Virus record (IMG/VR): IMGVR_UViG_2124908035_000001
Location: 1-55,349 of that record
DNA from: a virus
Taxonomy: Duplodnaviria; Caudoviricetes
Reading direction: 5' to 3' (one strand)
DNA length: 55,349 nucleotides
Numbering within the stretch: the first letter of the stretch is position 1; every line of letters begins with the position of its first letter. The position numbers and the translations under genes were made by a program. This document shows positions 8,942-17,963 of this stretch, in pieces. The notes under the pieces were generated by a model that worked only from the letters and a program-made list of their open reading frames with translations, was not told the origin of the DNA and searched no databases.

Positions 8942-11900
8942 ATGAGCACAGGATACCAGGACTTTTTGAAGAGCAAGGCGGTAGTGGCCATCGACCGGGG
9001 CTACTCTGGACCTTTGAAGTTCACAGCCGACCTGAAACCGCACGCCGCGGATATCGCCCGCTGGATGATTCAAGGCGGGAACCGGGCTTGCTTCGCATCG
9101 TTCGGGCTCCACAAGACGAGCATTCAACTTCAGGTGTGCGAATCACTGCTCGACTCCGGCTGCAAGTCGGGACTCATCACCTGTCCGCTGGGAGTCCGAC
9201 GCGAGTTCATCAAAGAGAGCACCGCCCGGGGCTTCAAACGTATGCCGGTCTACGTCAGGACGAACGACGAGTACGACGAGTTGCGAGCCGAAGGGCACGA
9301 ACTGTTTTTGACAAACTACGAGCGCATCCGCGACGGCGACCTTGACCCCAACCGCTTCGACATCTGCTCGCTTGACGAGGCGGCGTGCTTCGCCGCCGGG
9401 ACTCTAATTGACACCCCAAGCGGCCCCGTTCCGATTGAGCGGCTTCAAATCGGAGATAGGATCTACAACGCCGCTGGTATTGACAAAATTAGCAAAAAAC
9501 ACGTGACGGCGGTAAACTTTGCCGTTAGAATAGAGGTAGATGGAAGACGCATCCTCAACAGCCCCGACCATCGGTATTTCACAAAGCGCGGCTGGATACG
9601 TGCCGCCGAACTACAACCCGGCGATTCCCTTGTACAAGCAACCTCGGCCATGCGACTGGTGCGGGTCGGAAATCATTCCCAGGACGCCACAGGAAGGCAG
9701 GAAGCATTTCTGCAACACATCCTGCTCAGCGAAATGGCGAACGTCGCTACCCGCGTTCAAGATAAACCCGAACGCGAAATGGCGACAGCCGCGCCAATGC
9801 GAACGGTGTGGAAAGACCTACTTTCTGCATTACGATTCAGAACTGAAGCGTCGGTATTGCAGCCGCCGATGCTCAGGAATAGCGCAAATGGAAGTGCCGG
9901 AGCGCAGGGCCACGACGGCGATTGTCTGTCATACGCCGGCAGTTCGGAAACTTGCAGGGCAGCGAATAGCAGCATGGTGGGCAGCGGGGAGCGAAAAAGC
10001 GCAGTTGAACAAAAAGCGTTTAGCGGACATGGGCAGGAATGCGACCAAGGAGACACACGACAAAGTTTCGGCAACTCTCAGACGGATTGGCCACCGGCCG
10101 AAGTGGATTGGCGGGAAGGGCCGCGGTATGACCGTTCCGCAGAGGCTTTTGCTGGAGTCCCTGGAGCCAGGTTGGGTACCGGAGCATCCTGTCCCAGTGA
10201 ACCCGCGCCGGCCCGATCTTCCAACCTGCCTGTATTTGGACCTCGCTATTCCGATTTACAAAATTGCAATCGAAGTGGACGGCGGGACGCACCGGATGAC
10301 AATCTGGAAACAGAGAGACGCGAAGAAAGAAGCCTACCTCTGTTCTCTCGGGTGGACAGTGTTGAGATTTTGGAACGAGGACATCCTGAGTTGGAAAGCC
10401 TCCGGGATGCCAACGGGAAGCTCTATTTCCACGACCTTACAGCAACACGGCATCCGTCATACTCAGTGAATTCGATACTCGTTCACAACTGCCTCCGCTC
10501 TTTCGGATCGAAAACCTATCAGACGTTTCTGCCGCTCTTCAACCAGGTGCCCTACAAGTTCGTAGCGACCGCGACCCCGAGCCCGAATCGGTTCAAGGAG
10601 CTGATCCACTACGCCGGGTTCCTCGGAATCATGGACACCGGCCAAGCCCTCACGAGGTTTTTCAAACGGGACAGCAGCAAGGCCGGCAACCTCCAGATCC
10701 ACCCGCACAAGTTGAAGGAGTTCCAACTGTGGCTCTCGACATGGGCCGTTTTCGTTCAGACCCCGAGCGATCTTGGATATTCCGATGAGGGATACGTTCT
10801 ACCGCCGCTTGAGATTCACCGGCATCGTTTGCCGGTCGATCACGCCTCAGCGGGGTATGACTCATGGGGGCAAGGAAAACTTTTGCGGAATGCCGCAACC
10901 AGTCTTAGCGACGCGGCGAAAGAAAAGCGGGACAGCTTGGGAATACGGACGTTCAGACTCAAGGAGATCATCAATGGCATTAGACAAAGCGGCATATCAG
11001 AAACAGTATCGGGAAAAGAACAAGGTCATCCTAACGGCAAAGAAGAAAATAAGGGGCCGGGCGGATTATCTGGCGAACCGCGAGAAATACAAAGCCAAAA
11101 ACAAAAAATGGAGAGAGGAAAATCCGGAACGGTACAAGGCTCTGACGAAGCGGTACCAGTTGGCCAATCGAGAGAAGGTAATGGCGGCAAGCAAGAGATG
11201 GTATGCGGAACACAGGGACCGAGCCAGGCTCTCAAACCGAGTGAGGAAGTTGAGGGATTACGGTCTCACTCAAGAGACCTTTCAGGAACGTCTGGAGAAG
11301 CAAAATGGAATCTGCCCGATCTGCCTCGGAATTATGCGGACTCCGGCAGTGGACCACAATCACCAAACCGGAGCAGTGCGGGGGCTTCTGTGCCAACAGT
11401 GCAATGCGGCAATCGGGCTATTCAAGGACAACCCGGAAATGCTTCAGCGGGCGATTCGCTACCTCAATTCATCGTGTGGTGCGAACTCAACGATGAACAG
11501 CGAGCCGTAGAAAAGTTGCTTGATGGGATGGGAGTTTCGTACACCTCCCTTGACGGTTCGATGTCGATTGAAAGCCGCGAGGAGCAGTTGGAGCACTGGT
11601 TGAACCGAGACACCGTCGCTCTGGTCACCAAACCTGTGATGTACGGATACGGGGCCAACCTGCAGCAGTGTCACATTTCGATTTTCTTCGGGATCGGCTA
11701 CAAGTTCAGCGATTTGGTACAGGCAATTGCGCGTACGCAGAGGTTTGGACAAGAGCACACGGTAGACGTTCACCTGATCTACACCGAATCGGAAGATCCG
11801 ATTTACGATGCTCTGATGGTGAAATGGAAACAGCATGAGGAGTTGCAAGGTTCTATGTCGAAAATCATCCGAGAGTGCGGACTGAATCAGATCAAGGCCG

Positions 11901-13180
11901 GCGCCGAAATGCAACGGAGTATCGGCGTGCCGCGGCAGGAAGTCAAAGGCTCACTCTTCACGGCGGTCTGCAATGACAACGTGATGGAGTTGCAGGGTCT
12001 TGAATGTGTGGACCCGGAGAGCACCCGACGAGTGCAGCACCTGATAACCGTTGCCGGCCAGAACGGGGATAAGTTGAAGGTGTCCCCCTCCGACTTGGGG
12101 ATTCGCACCGGAGCACACCGATTCGCAGACAACTCGGTAGACCTGATCGTGACCTCTGTCCCTTTCAGCGACGCATACGAATACACGGAGACCTACAACG
12201 ACTTCGGCCATAACGACGGGGACAAAGGATTCTTCGAGCAGATGGACTTCTTGACGCCAGAACTTATCCGCGCCCTGCGGCCCGGACGGCTCTACTGCGT
12301 CCACGCGAAAGACCGGATTGTGTACGGCTCCGTCTCAGGCGACGGCATGTACACGGTCAATCCGTTTTCAGACAAATGTGTAGCTCACCTGATTCGACAT
12401 GGTTTGAGGTATTGCGGCCGGATCACAGTGGTAACGGACGTGGTTCGGGAGAACAATCAAACCTACCGCCTCGGTTGGACCGAGAACTCGAAAGACGGGA
12501 CCAAGATGGGAGTGGGGAGCCCGGAGTACATTTTGCTTTTCAGGAAGCTGCCGACCGACACGACACGAGCCTATGCCGACGTGCCAGTTGTGAAATCTAA
12601 AACCGATTACACCAGGGCGAGATGGCAGTTCGATGCACACTCCATGTGGAGATCGAACGGCAACCGCTTCCTCCGGCCCGAAGACCTCGGTTCAATCCCC
12701 ATGGACAAGTTGCGGAAGCTCTGGCACCAGTACAGTGCCTCGCACGTGTACGACTACCAAGAGCACGTCTCATTGGCCGAGGAGATGGAGGCCCGCGGGA
12801 TACTGCCGAGCACGTTCATGGCGCTCGACCCGCCGAATCCAAATTCACCTTGGGTGTGGGACGACGTGGCCAGGATGCGGACTCTAAATTCAGAGCAGGT
12901 AAGGAAAAATCTGACGATGCACATTTGCCCGCTTCAGCTCGACATCTGCGAGCGGCTGATAGAGCGGTACTCGAATCCGGGAGATCTGGTCCTTGATCCA
13001 TTTGGCGGCGTTGGTTCGGTTGCATATTGCGCCGTATCGATGGGCCGAAAGGCATTCACGATTGAGCTAAACGAGCAGTATCACCGGGATGCGGTTGGAT
13101 ATTGCCGAGCCGCCGAAATGAAAGCCTCCATGCCCACATTGTTTGATCTTGAACCGATACAGCCAGAGATCGAGACGTAG
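8942..13180 (+). CDS. SNF2-like helicase / N4-N6 DNA methyltransferase fusion with one intein and one non-intein insertion
   Basis: FGLHKT, TNYE, LDEA, ATATPSPN, QAIARTQRFGQ helicase motifs; DLIVTSVPF, HICPLQ, VLDPFGGVGS MTase motifs; start placed at ATG 8942 after AAGGA (frame open from 8798). Confidence 0.9.
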   Translation: MSTGYQDFLKSKAVVAIDRGYSGPLKFTADLKPHAADIARWMIQGGNRACFASFGLHKTSIQLQVCESLLDSGCKSGLITCPLGVRREFIKESTARGFKRMPVYVRTNDEYDELRAEGHELFLTNYERIRDGDLDPNRFDICSLDEAACFAAGTLIDTPSGPVPIERLQIGDRIYNAAGIDKISKKHVTAVNFAVRIEVDGRRILNSPDHRYFTKRGWIRAAELQPGDSLVQATSAMRLVRVGNHSQDATGRQEAFLQHILLSEMANVATRVQDKPEREMATAAPMRTVWKDLLSALRFRTEASVLQPPMLRNSANGSAGAQGHDGDCLSYAGSSETCRAANSSMVGSGERKSAVEQKAFSGHGQECDQGDTRQSFGNSQTDWPPAEVDWREGPRYDRSAEAFAGVPGARLGTGASCPSEPAPARSSNLPVFGPRYSDLQNCNRSGRRDAPDDNLETERREERSLPLFSRVDSVEILERGHPELESLRDANGKLYFHDLTATRHPSYSVNSILVHNCLRSFGSKTYQTFLPLFNQVPYKFVATATPSPNRFKELIHYAGFLGIMDTGQALTRFFKRDSSKAGNLQIHPHKLKEFQLWLSTWAVFVQTPSDLGYSDEGYVLPPLEIHRHRLPVDHASAGYDSWGQGKLLRNAATSLSDAAKEKRDSLGIRTFRLKEIINGIRQSGISETVSGKEQGHPNGKEENKGPGGLSGEPREIQSQKQKMERGKSGTVQGSDEAVPVGQSREGNGGKQEMVCGTQGPSQALKPSEEVEGLRSHSRDLSGTSGEAKWNLPDLPRNYADSGSGPQSPNRSSAGASVPTVQCGNRAIQGQPGNASAGDSLPQFIVWCELNDEQRAVEKLLDGMGVSYTSLDGSMSIESREEQLEHWLNRDTVALVTKPVMYGYGANLQQCHISIFFGIGYKFSDLVQAIARTQRFGQEHTVDVHLIYTESEDPIYDALMVKWKQHEELQGSMSKIIRECGLNQIKAGAEMQRSIGVPRQEVKGSLFTAVCNDNVMELQGLECVDPESTRRVQHLITVAGQNGDKLKVSPSDLGIRTGAHRFADNSVDLIVTSVPFSDAYEYTETYNDFGHNDGDKGFFEQMDFLTPELIRALRPGRLYCVHAKDRIVYGSVSGDGMYTVNPFSDKCVAHLIRHGLRYCGRITVVTDVVRENNQTYRLGWTENSKDGTKMGVGSPEYILLFRKLPTDTTRAYADVPVVKSKTDYTRARWQFDAHSMWRSNGNRFLRPEDLGSIPMDKLRKLWHQYSASHVYDYQEHVSLAEEMEARGILPSTFMALDPPNPNSPWVWDDVARMRTLNSEQVRKNLTMHICPLQLDICERLIERYSNPGDLVLDPFGGVGSVAYCAVSMGRKAFTIELNEQYHRDAVGYCRAAEMKASMPTLFDLEPIQPEIET
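9386..10489 (+). mobile_element. Intein (368 aa) inserted after the Walker B DEAA
   Basis: Block A CFAAGTLI, block B SPDHRYF, C-terminal ILVHN followed by Cys+1; splicing restores LDEAA-CLRSFGSKTY. Confidence 0.93.
9540..10469 (+). CDS. Zn-finger plus DUF559/Vsr-like endonuclease overprinted in the +1 frame inside the intein
   Basis: Two CxxC...CxxxC fingers; DLAIPIYKIAIEVDGGTH...RDAKKEAYL..LGWTVLRFWNEDI; start codon uncertain. Confidence 0.85.
   Translation: MEDASSTAPTIGISQSAAGYVPPNYNPAIPLYKQPRPCDWCGSEIIPRTPQEGRKHFCNTSCSAKWRTSLPAFKINPNAKWRQPRQCERCGKTYFLHYDSELKRRYCSRRCSGIAQMEVPERRATTAIVCHTPAVRKLAGQRIAAWWAAGSEKAQLNKKRLADMGRNATKETHDKVSATLRRIGHRPKWIGGKGRGMTVPQRLLLESLEPGWVPEHPVPVNPRRPDLPTCLYLDLAIPIYKIAIEVDGGTHRMTIWKQRDAKKEAYLCSLGWTVLRFWNEDILSWKASGMPTGSSISTTLQQHGIRHTQ
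10974..11510 (+). CDS. Endonuclease VII-family nuclease overprinted in the +1 frame of the helicase
   Basis: AAGGAG RBS 7 nt before ATG; YGLT....QNGICPIC..AVDHNHQTGAVRGLLCQQCNAAIG..KDNP. Confidence 0.9.
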   Translation: MALDKAAYQKQYREKNKVILTAKKKIRGRADYLANREKYKAKNKKWREENPERYKALTKRYQLANREKVMAASKRWYAEHRDRARLSNRVRKLRDYGLTQETFQERLEKQNGICPICLGIMRTPAVDHNHQTGAVRGLLCQQCNAAIGLFKDNPEMLQRAIRYLNSSCGANSTMNSEP

Positions 13181-13234
13181 GAATTCTCGCTGCAAGTCCT
13201 GGTACCAGTTTGAGAATAAAACCCGCCTGATCTA

Positions 13235-13263
13235 TTGACACTCTGCAAAGATGTTTCCATACT
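13235..13263 (+). promoter_or_regulatory. Promoter TTGACA-N17-CATACT
   Basis: Matches the recurring promoter consensus of this genome. Confidence 0.7.
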
Positions 13264-13271
13264 GAAATTAC

Positions 13272-13943
13272 GTGACGAACAATCCAACCAGACGCCCCAG
13301 AATCAGGCCATCGGCAGAATGGTTGCGAGACCAGTACGAGACGCAAGGTCGGGACTGTGTTCAAATCGCCAAGGATCTTGAAATCGACCCCAAGACGGCG
13401 TGGGAATGGGTCAGAGCAGTTGGGATCGCAACACGAAAGCGCGGCTTCGGCCATCCACAAAACTACTTTGTAAAAGGGCAACGTAGCGGGTTCGCCGGCC
13501 ATCGGCACTCAGCCGAAACGCGAGAGTTGGTTGGTATCGCATCCCGCGCCAGAAATGCCGTCCCTTATCTGAAGAATGGTGTTCATTGGCTGAAAGGGAC
13601 AGCCGGAGCCGTCAATCCACATTGGCGCGGCGGAATCACTCCGGAACGGCAGACGTTCTATCGAAGCCCCGAATGGAAAGCGTGCGTCAAGGCCGTATGG
13701 AAACGGGATAACGGTATCTGTCGGCGTTGTGAATTGGACTTTCGCACAGTCGAACGACAAACGCAAGACTTCGCCCTTCATCACGTCGATTCATTCTCGA
13801 TTGTAGAACGCCGCGCCGACCCCGATAACGTGGTTCTGTTGTGTGCGACGTGCCACTACTGGACTCACAGCAGGCAGAACACCGAGCGGCTGTTTTTGGG
13901 AAAAGGCCACGAAAGCCGCCGCTGGGCCGAGATCGAGTCCTAG
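13272..13943 (+). CDS. HNH endonuclease with N-terminal HTH/NUMOD-like region
   Basis: HRHSAETR, NPHWRGG, RDNGICRRC..LHH.....NVVLLCATCH. Confidence 0.85.
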   Translation: MTNNPTRRPRIRPSAEWLRDQYETQGRDCVQIAKDLEIDPKTAWEWVRAVGIATRKRGFGHPQNYFVKGQRSGFAGHRHSAETRELVGIASRARNAVPYLKNGVHWLKGTAGAVNPHWRGGITPERQTFYRSPEWKACVKAVWKRDNGICRRCELDFRTVERQTQDFALHHVDSFSIVERRADPDNVVLLCATCHYWTHSRQNTERLFLGKGHESRRWAEIES

Positions 13944-13976
13944 TACCCGATCCTCAAATAAAAGTACCGCCACCCA

Positions 13977-14005
13977 TTGACAGACGGTAAAGCATCCCGC
14001 ATACT
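13977..14005 (+). promoter_or_regulatory. Promoter TTGACA-N17-CATACT
   Basis: Consensus match, 8 nt before ATG 14014. Confidence 0.7.
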
Positions 14006-14013
14006 GAAGGTGC

Positions 14014-14175
14014 ATGAAAAGCGCAGTCAGAGAAGCCGAAACCGAGACGGTCCAGGAAGCTCCGGCGTGCCTGAGTTGCGGATCGCCAAGGATGGATTGG
14101 ACCGAAGCCGGTTGGAAGTGCCAGGACTGCGGCGCCGTCGAACTGGTATCGGTCGAGCAGAGGAAGGTCGCCTGA
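14014..14175 (+). CDS. 53-aa Zn-ribbon protein (not in ORF track)
   Basis: Translated by hand: ...CLSCGS...WKCQDCG...; TGATG overlap with the next gene. Confidence 0.6.
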   Translation: MKSAVREAETETVQEAPACLSCGSPRMDWTEAGWKCQDCGAVELVSVEQRKVA

Positions 14176-14522
14176 TGCTCCGCCGCTATTCCAGGCTGCG
14201 AACCTACGCCCGGCTGAAGCCGTACCGCCTGAAGCCCAGGCGCGGGAAGATCGAGGACCCGGCCTATCTGCGGTTCATCCGGCGACAACCGTGCATGATC
14301 GAGAACCGGAAGTGCCGGGGACAGATCGACCCTCACCACGTCGGACATTACGGGCAGGCCCGAGCGAACGATTACAACGCCGTGCCCTTGTGCCGGGTTC
14401 ACCACGACGAAGCGACGTTGATTCACAATGGACCGTTCGAGGACCGCTACGGGGTATCGTTCTCTGCCGCGATTGAGGGGTTGAACGAGGAGTACCGGAG
14501 CACGAGAGGCAATATCAAATGA
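14175..14522 (+). CDS. DUF968-like HNH-type protein
   Basis: AYLRFIRRQPC..DPHH....NDYNAVPLCRVHH. Confidence 0.75.
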   Translation: MLRRYSRLRTYARLKPYRLKPRRGKIEDPAYLRFIRRQPCMIENRKCRGQIDPHHVGHYGQARANDYNAVPLCRVHHDEATLIHNGPFEDRYGVSFSAAIEGLNEEYRSTRGNIK

Positions 14523-15142
14523 GCACCAAAATAATGAGCGCCGAGCAGTTTCTGATAGACGTTTCCAAACACGAGATGAAGGTTCACCTAAAGGACGGTC
14601 TGTATCGACATCTCATTTACCGCAACCCGCAAACCGGGAATATGTGGTTCGAGATCGTCACATGGCCCGGTAGTTTGGCGATCCACGGAGACATGGGAAC
14701 GTGGACGTTTTCCAGAGTCGATGATATGTTCACATTCTTCCGCTCAAAAGAACTGAAGATCAACGCTTCGTACTGGCATGAGAAGATCCAGAGCGAAAGC
14801 CGCTTCGGTGGCCCGGCTGAGAGATTCAACGCCGACACGTTCAAGGCAAATGTGCTGGACAGCCTTGACGGCTACGAATTAGAAGACCCCCGAAAGGCCG
14901 AAGTGATTGCGGCACTAGAGGAGGAAGTGTTCGGAGACGAAGACGAATCGAACGCGCGAAGATGCCTTGCAAACTTCGAGCACGACGGCTTTTCGTTCTC
15001 GGACTCCTGGGAGATCGACGGAAATGGATACACGTACCACTTCCTGTGGTGCCTACACGCGATAGTCTGGGCGATCCAACGGTACGATGCCGCCCTCACA
15101 AAGCCGCAAGCAGCCGAAGGAGAAACCCGTGAGCAAACCTAG
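14519..15142 (+). CDS. Conserved phage hypothetical protein
   Basis: DGLYRHL..WFEIVTWPGSL.I.GDMG..FSR..DMF.FFR pattern. Confidence 0.75.
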   Translation: MSTKIMSAEQFLIDVSKHEMKVHLKDGLYRHLIYRNPQTGNMWFEIVTWPGSLAIHGDMGTWTFSRVDDMFTFFRSKELKINASYWHEKIQSESRFGGPAERFNADTFKANVLDSLDGYELEDPRKAEVIAALEEEVFGDEDESNARRCLANFEHDGFSFSDSWEIDGNGYTYHFLWCLHAIVWAIQRYDAALTKPQAAEGETREQT

Positions 15143-15398
15143 CGCCGAGACCATCCAGACGTTGAAGGACATCCAAACCGAGATCGGAGCCGGGATGGTG
15201 CTTATTCCGAGATCGGAAGCCGATCACGCGCACAACAACGCCTGCAACCGAGCCAACCAGATCATTCGCTGCTATGCCGAAGGCCAGGGGCTTTTTCAAA
15301 TGACGCGCCAGATGGAAGGCCGGTCCGTCCGCGCCCCCAAGAGAGTTTCAAAACCGAAAAAGGAGAGAACCGATGAAGAGCGAAGTACTGGAGTTTAA
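15129..15398 (+). CDS. Hypothetical protein
   Basis: AAGGAG RBS before GTG. Confidence 0.5.
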   Translation: MSKPSAETIQTLKDIQTEIGAGMVLIPRSEADHAHNNACNRANQIIRCYAEGQGLFQMTRQMEGRSVRAPKRVSKPKKERTDEERSTGV

Positions 15399-15909
15399 GC
15401 CAGGAGTGCCCGAGCAGGTTGCGCTAAAGTTCCCAACGGGCAAGGAAATCAAGACGGCCCGCGGCATGAGATATCTGTTCAGCCTCACGGACGGCCGTGT
15501 CATGTTCACCGGAGCCCCGGTAGCCGGCCAGGTCCAGGCCCTCGGTCTGAAGATTGGGGAGCCGTTCCGAATTGGCTATCGAGAGATCGAAGTTGACGGC
15601 CGCAAGGTCTACGAATGGAGAGTCGGAAGAATCGAAGCCACGACGCCGAGCCCAGCGCGTAAAGAAGCTGCAACGAAGCCGAATCAGCCAGGCCATGCGA
15701 CCCATCACGGGATACCGTACCGAGACCTTAAGTCCGAATGGCTCAAGTGTGCCGATGAAGCCGTGCAAGTTCTCGTGACGGTTCGGGAACATGCAACCGC
15801 GGCAGGCTTGCCGGTCCAGTTCTCAGGGGAGGACGTGCGGCAGGTTGCGGCGACCTTGTACATTCAGAGAAGCCAGGAGCGGCGGTATGCGCCGTCGAGC
15901 TACCGATGA
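15373..15909 (+). CDS. Hypothetical protein (possible ssDNA-binding beta-barrel)
   Basis: AAGGAG RBS; beta-rich N-terminal half; function is a guess. Confidence 0.55.
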   Translation: MKSEVLEFKPGVPEQVALKFPTGKEIKTARGMRYLFSLTDGRVMFTGAPVAGQVQALGLKIGEPFRIGYREIEVDGRKVYEWRVGRIEATTPSPARKEAATKPNQPGHATHHGIPYRDLKSEWLKCADEAVQVLVTVREHATAAGLPVQFSGEDVRQVAATLYIQRSQERRYAPSSYR

Positions 15910-16196
15910 CCGACCGACAACGCGAACTGGCCCGACACGCCCTCGGGTTGCCCAACAAGAAGAACACGTCATACCGGAATCACTTCTGCATCGGAAAGGG
16001 CGGCGATAGCTACGAAGAATGGGAAGACCTCGTAGCGAAGGGACTCGCCATCAAGTGCGCCGGTGCCCATTGCAATAGACCGTGGGGCGAAAACGATATG
16101 TTCTACCTGACGCTGAAAGGCGCACTGATGGTCCGAGAGCCCAAAGAGCACATCAGCCGGGAAGACGCCGAGGACATGCGGAGGCGCGAGGCATGA
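15906..16196 (+). CDS. Phage hypothetical protein
   Basis: ARHALGL...YRNHF...W..LV..GLA pattern. Confidence 0.65.
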   Translation: MTDRQRELARHALGLPNKKNTSYRNHFCIGKGGDSYEEWEDLVAKGLAIKCAGAHCNRPWGENDMFYLTLKGALMVREPKEHISREDAEDMRRREA

Positions 16197-16387
16197 AGAT
16201 TCTAGACCGTCAGCGAGCCGGCCGCCAGTTCCGAGCCTCCGGGTTCGACTACGATCCGGCCTATGAGGCGATGCTGGCCGAGGACCGGGAAATAGCACGA
16301 GACCTGGAACGCGGCCCCGATGGAAGACCCGGTACGCCGTGGCAGTTCAAAGTCCAGAGCATCCAGAGGGAGGCCGAGCGCCGATGA
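16193..16387 (+). CDS. Hypothetical protein
   Basis: ATGA-coupled. Confidence 0.45.
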   Translation: MKILDRQRAGRQFRASGFDYDPAYEAMLAEDREIARDLERGPDGRPGTPWQFKVQSIQREAERR

Positions 16388-16608
16388 GATTCATTCTGAA
16401 TCTGATGGACTACCTGTTTGATCGCTTCCAGTGGTACCGCCGGCTGGTCGGTGGCCACTGGGAGCTTTGGTGGGTTGACGTGGTCCACGCGGCCATCTGG
16501 CATCAGGTCGGGGAATGCTCACTCAAGACCAAGATCCGGCCCCATCCGCTCTGCCGTGGGACACCCCTCTGTGAGCAGCACACTGAGCGAATGATAGTGG
16601 ACTGGTAG
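16384..16608 (+). CDS. Hypothetical protein
   Basis: ATGA-coupled; GGAGG RBS. Confidence 0.5.
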   Translation: MRFILNLMDYLFDRFQWYRRLVGGHWELWWVDVVHAAIWHQVGECSLKTKIRPHPLCRGTPLCEQHTERMIVDW

Positions 16609-16716
16609 CGAGGCCAAGGAGGCCGATAGGGTGCCGGTGCGCCCCCTTACCTATGGAATGCGTTGTACATGCGTTCACCCGCATTTATGCTATGCTGTCG
16701 ATGAGGCTACAGCACT

Positions 16717-16938
16717 ATGCCGGATGCAATCTGCCGATTTGAGCCATGCGGTAAGACTTTTGCGAAGAAGAGGCCGTGGCAAGACTTTTGCAACCCTCTC
16801 TGTCGGACCCGATATTGGAATCTGAAAAATCCACGGATAAACTCGCTTTTGAAAGTTCTCAACGATCCAGAGAAAGCGCAGTTTCGGCAACGGATCGAAG
16901 AGCAGCGGAAGAAGGAGCGCCCGGCCCCGAAGGTTTAG
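16717..16938 (+). CDS. Small Zn-finger DNA-binding protein
   Basis: C..CGKTF...QDFC..LCR pattern. Confidence 0.6.
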   Translation: MPDAICRFEPCGKTFAKKRPWQDFCNPLCRTRYWNLKNPRINSLLKVLNDPEKAQFRQRIEEQRKKERPAPKV

Positions 16939-16964
16939 ACTCGAAAATAAAGTCTCCAAACCTA

Positions 16965-16994
16965 TTGACAGCCGGTAAAGTATTGCCGCATACT
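16965..16994 (+). promoter_or_regulatory. Promoter TTGACA-N18-CATACT
   Basis: Consensus match, 6 nt before GTG 17001. Confidence 0.65.
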
Positions 16995-17000
16995 TGAGCA

Positions 17001-17324
17001 GTGGAGAGAGCCAAGATGGAAAACGCCATTACGAAAGCGGCTGGAGGCTACATCTACCTCGCAGCAGTCGGTTGCCGAACCTTCAAGATCCCGGTTGAAT
17101 CGGCTGACATGGCAGCGGCTATGCTGTGCCGGTACCGGGATTCAAACGGACTGGGATCGAGCCAGTTCAAGGCGCGGTGTGGAAACGTCTACACCGATAG
17201 CGGCGTGCTCGTGGCAAAGGTAAGCTACAACGGTCGCGTGTGGAGTTCCAAGGGAGAATTACTGCAAGACAACGGATGCGGGTTGCCGGTTCCAGAAGGC
17301 TACCGCTCAGCGGAGATCCGATGA
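17001..17324 (+). CDS. Hypothetical protein
   Basis: VAKVSYNGRVW motif; follows promoter. Confidence 0.6.
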   Translation: MERAKMENAITKAAGGYIYLAAVGCRTFKIPVESADMAAAMLCRYRDSNGLGSSQFKARCGNVYTDSGVLVAKVSYNGRVWSSKGELLQDNGCGLPVPEGYRSAEIR

Positions 17325-17665
17325 AGAACCCCGAATCTCCAGAATGGCGCACCGTGGCCCGGATTGCCGGAAACCTGATGGCCAGCGGCAACTTCAAGAC
17401 ACCTGAGATCGCCGTGAAGGCGGCGCGGGAGATTGTCGAAGAGGCCCGCAAGCCTGAAGAGTCAGGGACCGACCTCCCCCTTAAATTCCGAATCTTTACA
17501 CTCAACGGGCACACTTGCCGAACCTCGGAAATGTTTGCAAGCCACGCAACGAAAGACCGGGAGATTATCGCCTCGCTCACGGTTGGGCAGGAGTTTCACG
17601 TCACAAGCAAGGAATTTCAGGAACGCTCCGGAACGTCCCATTGTACTATCAGGAGAATCCAATGA
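17321..17665 (+). CDS. Hypothetical protein
   Basis: ATGA-coupled; GGAG RBS. Confidence 0.5.
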   Translation: MKNPESPEWRTVARIAGNLMASGNFKTPEIAVKAAREIVEEARKPEESGTDLPLKFRIFTLNGHTCRTSEMFASHATKDREIIASLTVGQEFHVTSKEFQERSGTSHCTIRRIQ

Positions 17666-17856
17666 ACGACTTTTTCAACCAGTTGCAAAATCTTGACCAG
17701 GAGCAGGCTATCGTGGCCGTGTTTGCCGGCGTCCTGATCTTCTCGGTGGTCTTACTTGGAGCCGTGGCCGCGGTACGCTCGCTTGGGAAGTGGGGCACGG
17801 TTGCGGTAGCTCTCGGGAGTGCGGCGGTCTTGATTGCCTACCGGGTGAATGGCTGA
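17662..17856 (+). CDS. Two-TM small membrane protein
   Basis: AGGAG RBS; two hydrophobic segments. Confidence 0.6.
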   Translation: MNDFFNQLQNLDQEQAIVAVFAGVLIFSVVLLGAVAAVRSLGKWGTVAVALGSAAVLIAYRVNG

Positions 17857-17933
17857 ATGAGCCGGATGCTCAGGGATCGAAGCTCAACGAAACGAAACCT
17901 GCGGTTTCTTTTCTTTGGATCTTTTCTTCCCTT
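17856..17933 (-). repeat. Cassette left-end repeat (site D)
   Basis: 71/78 nt identical to 53714-53791; contains the inverted core. Confidence 0.9.
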
Positions 17934-17963
17934 GAGGCGACCACCCATAAGGGGAGAGCAATT

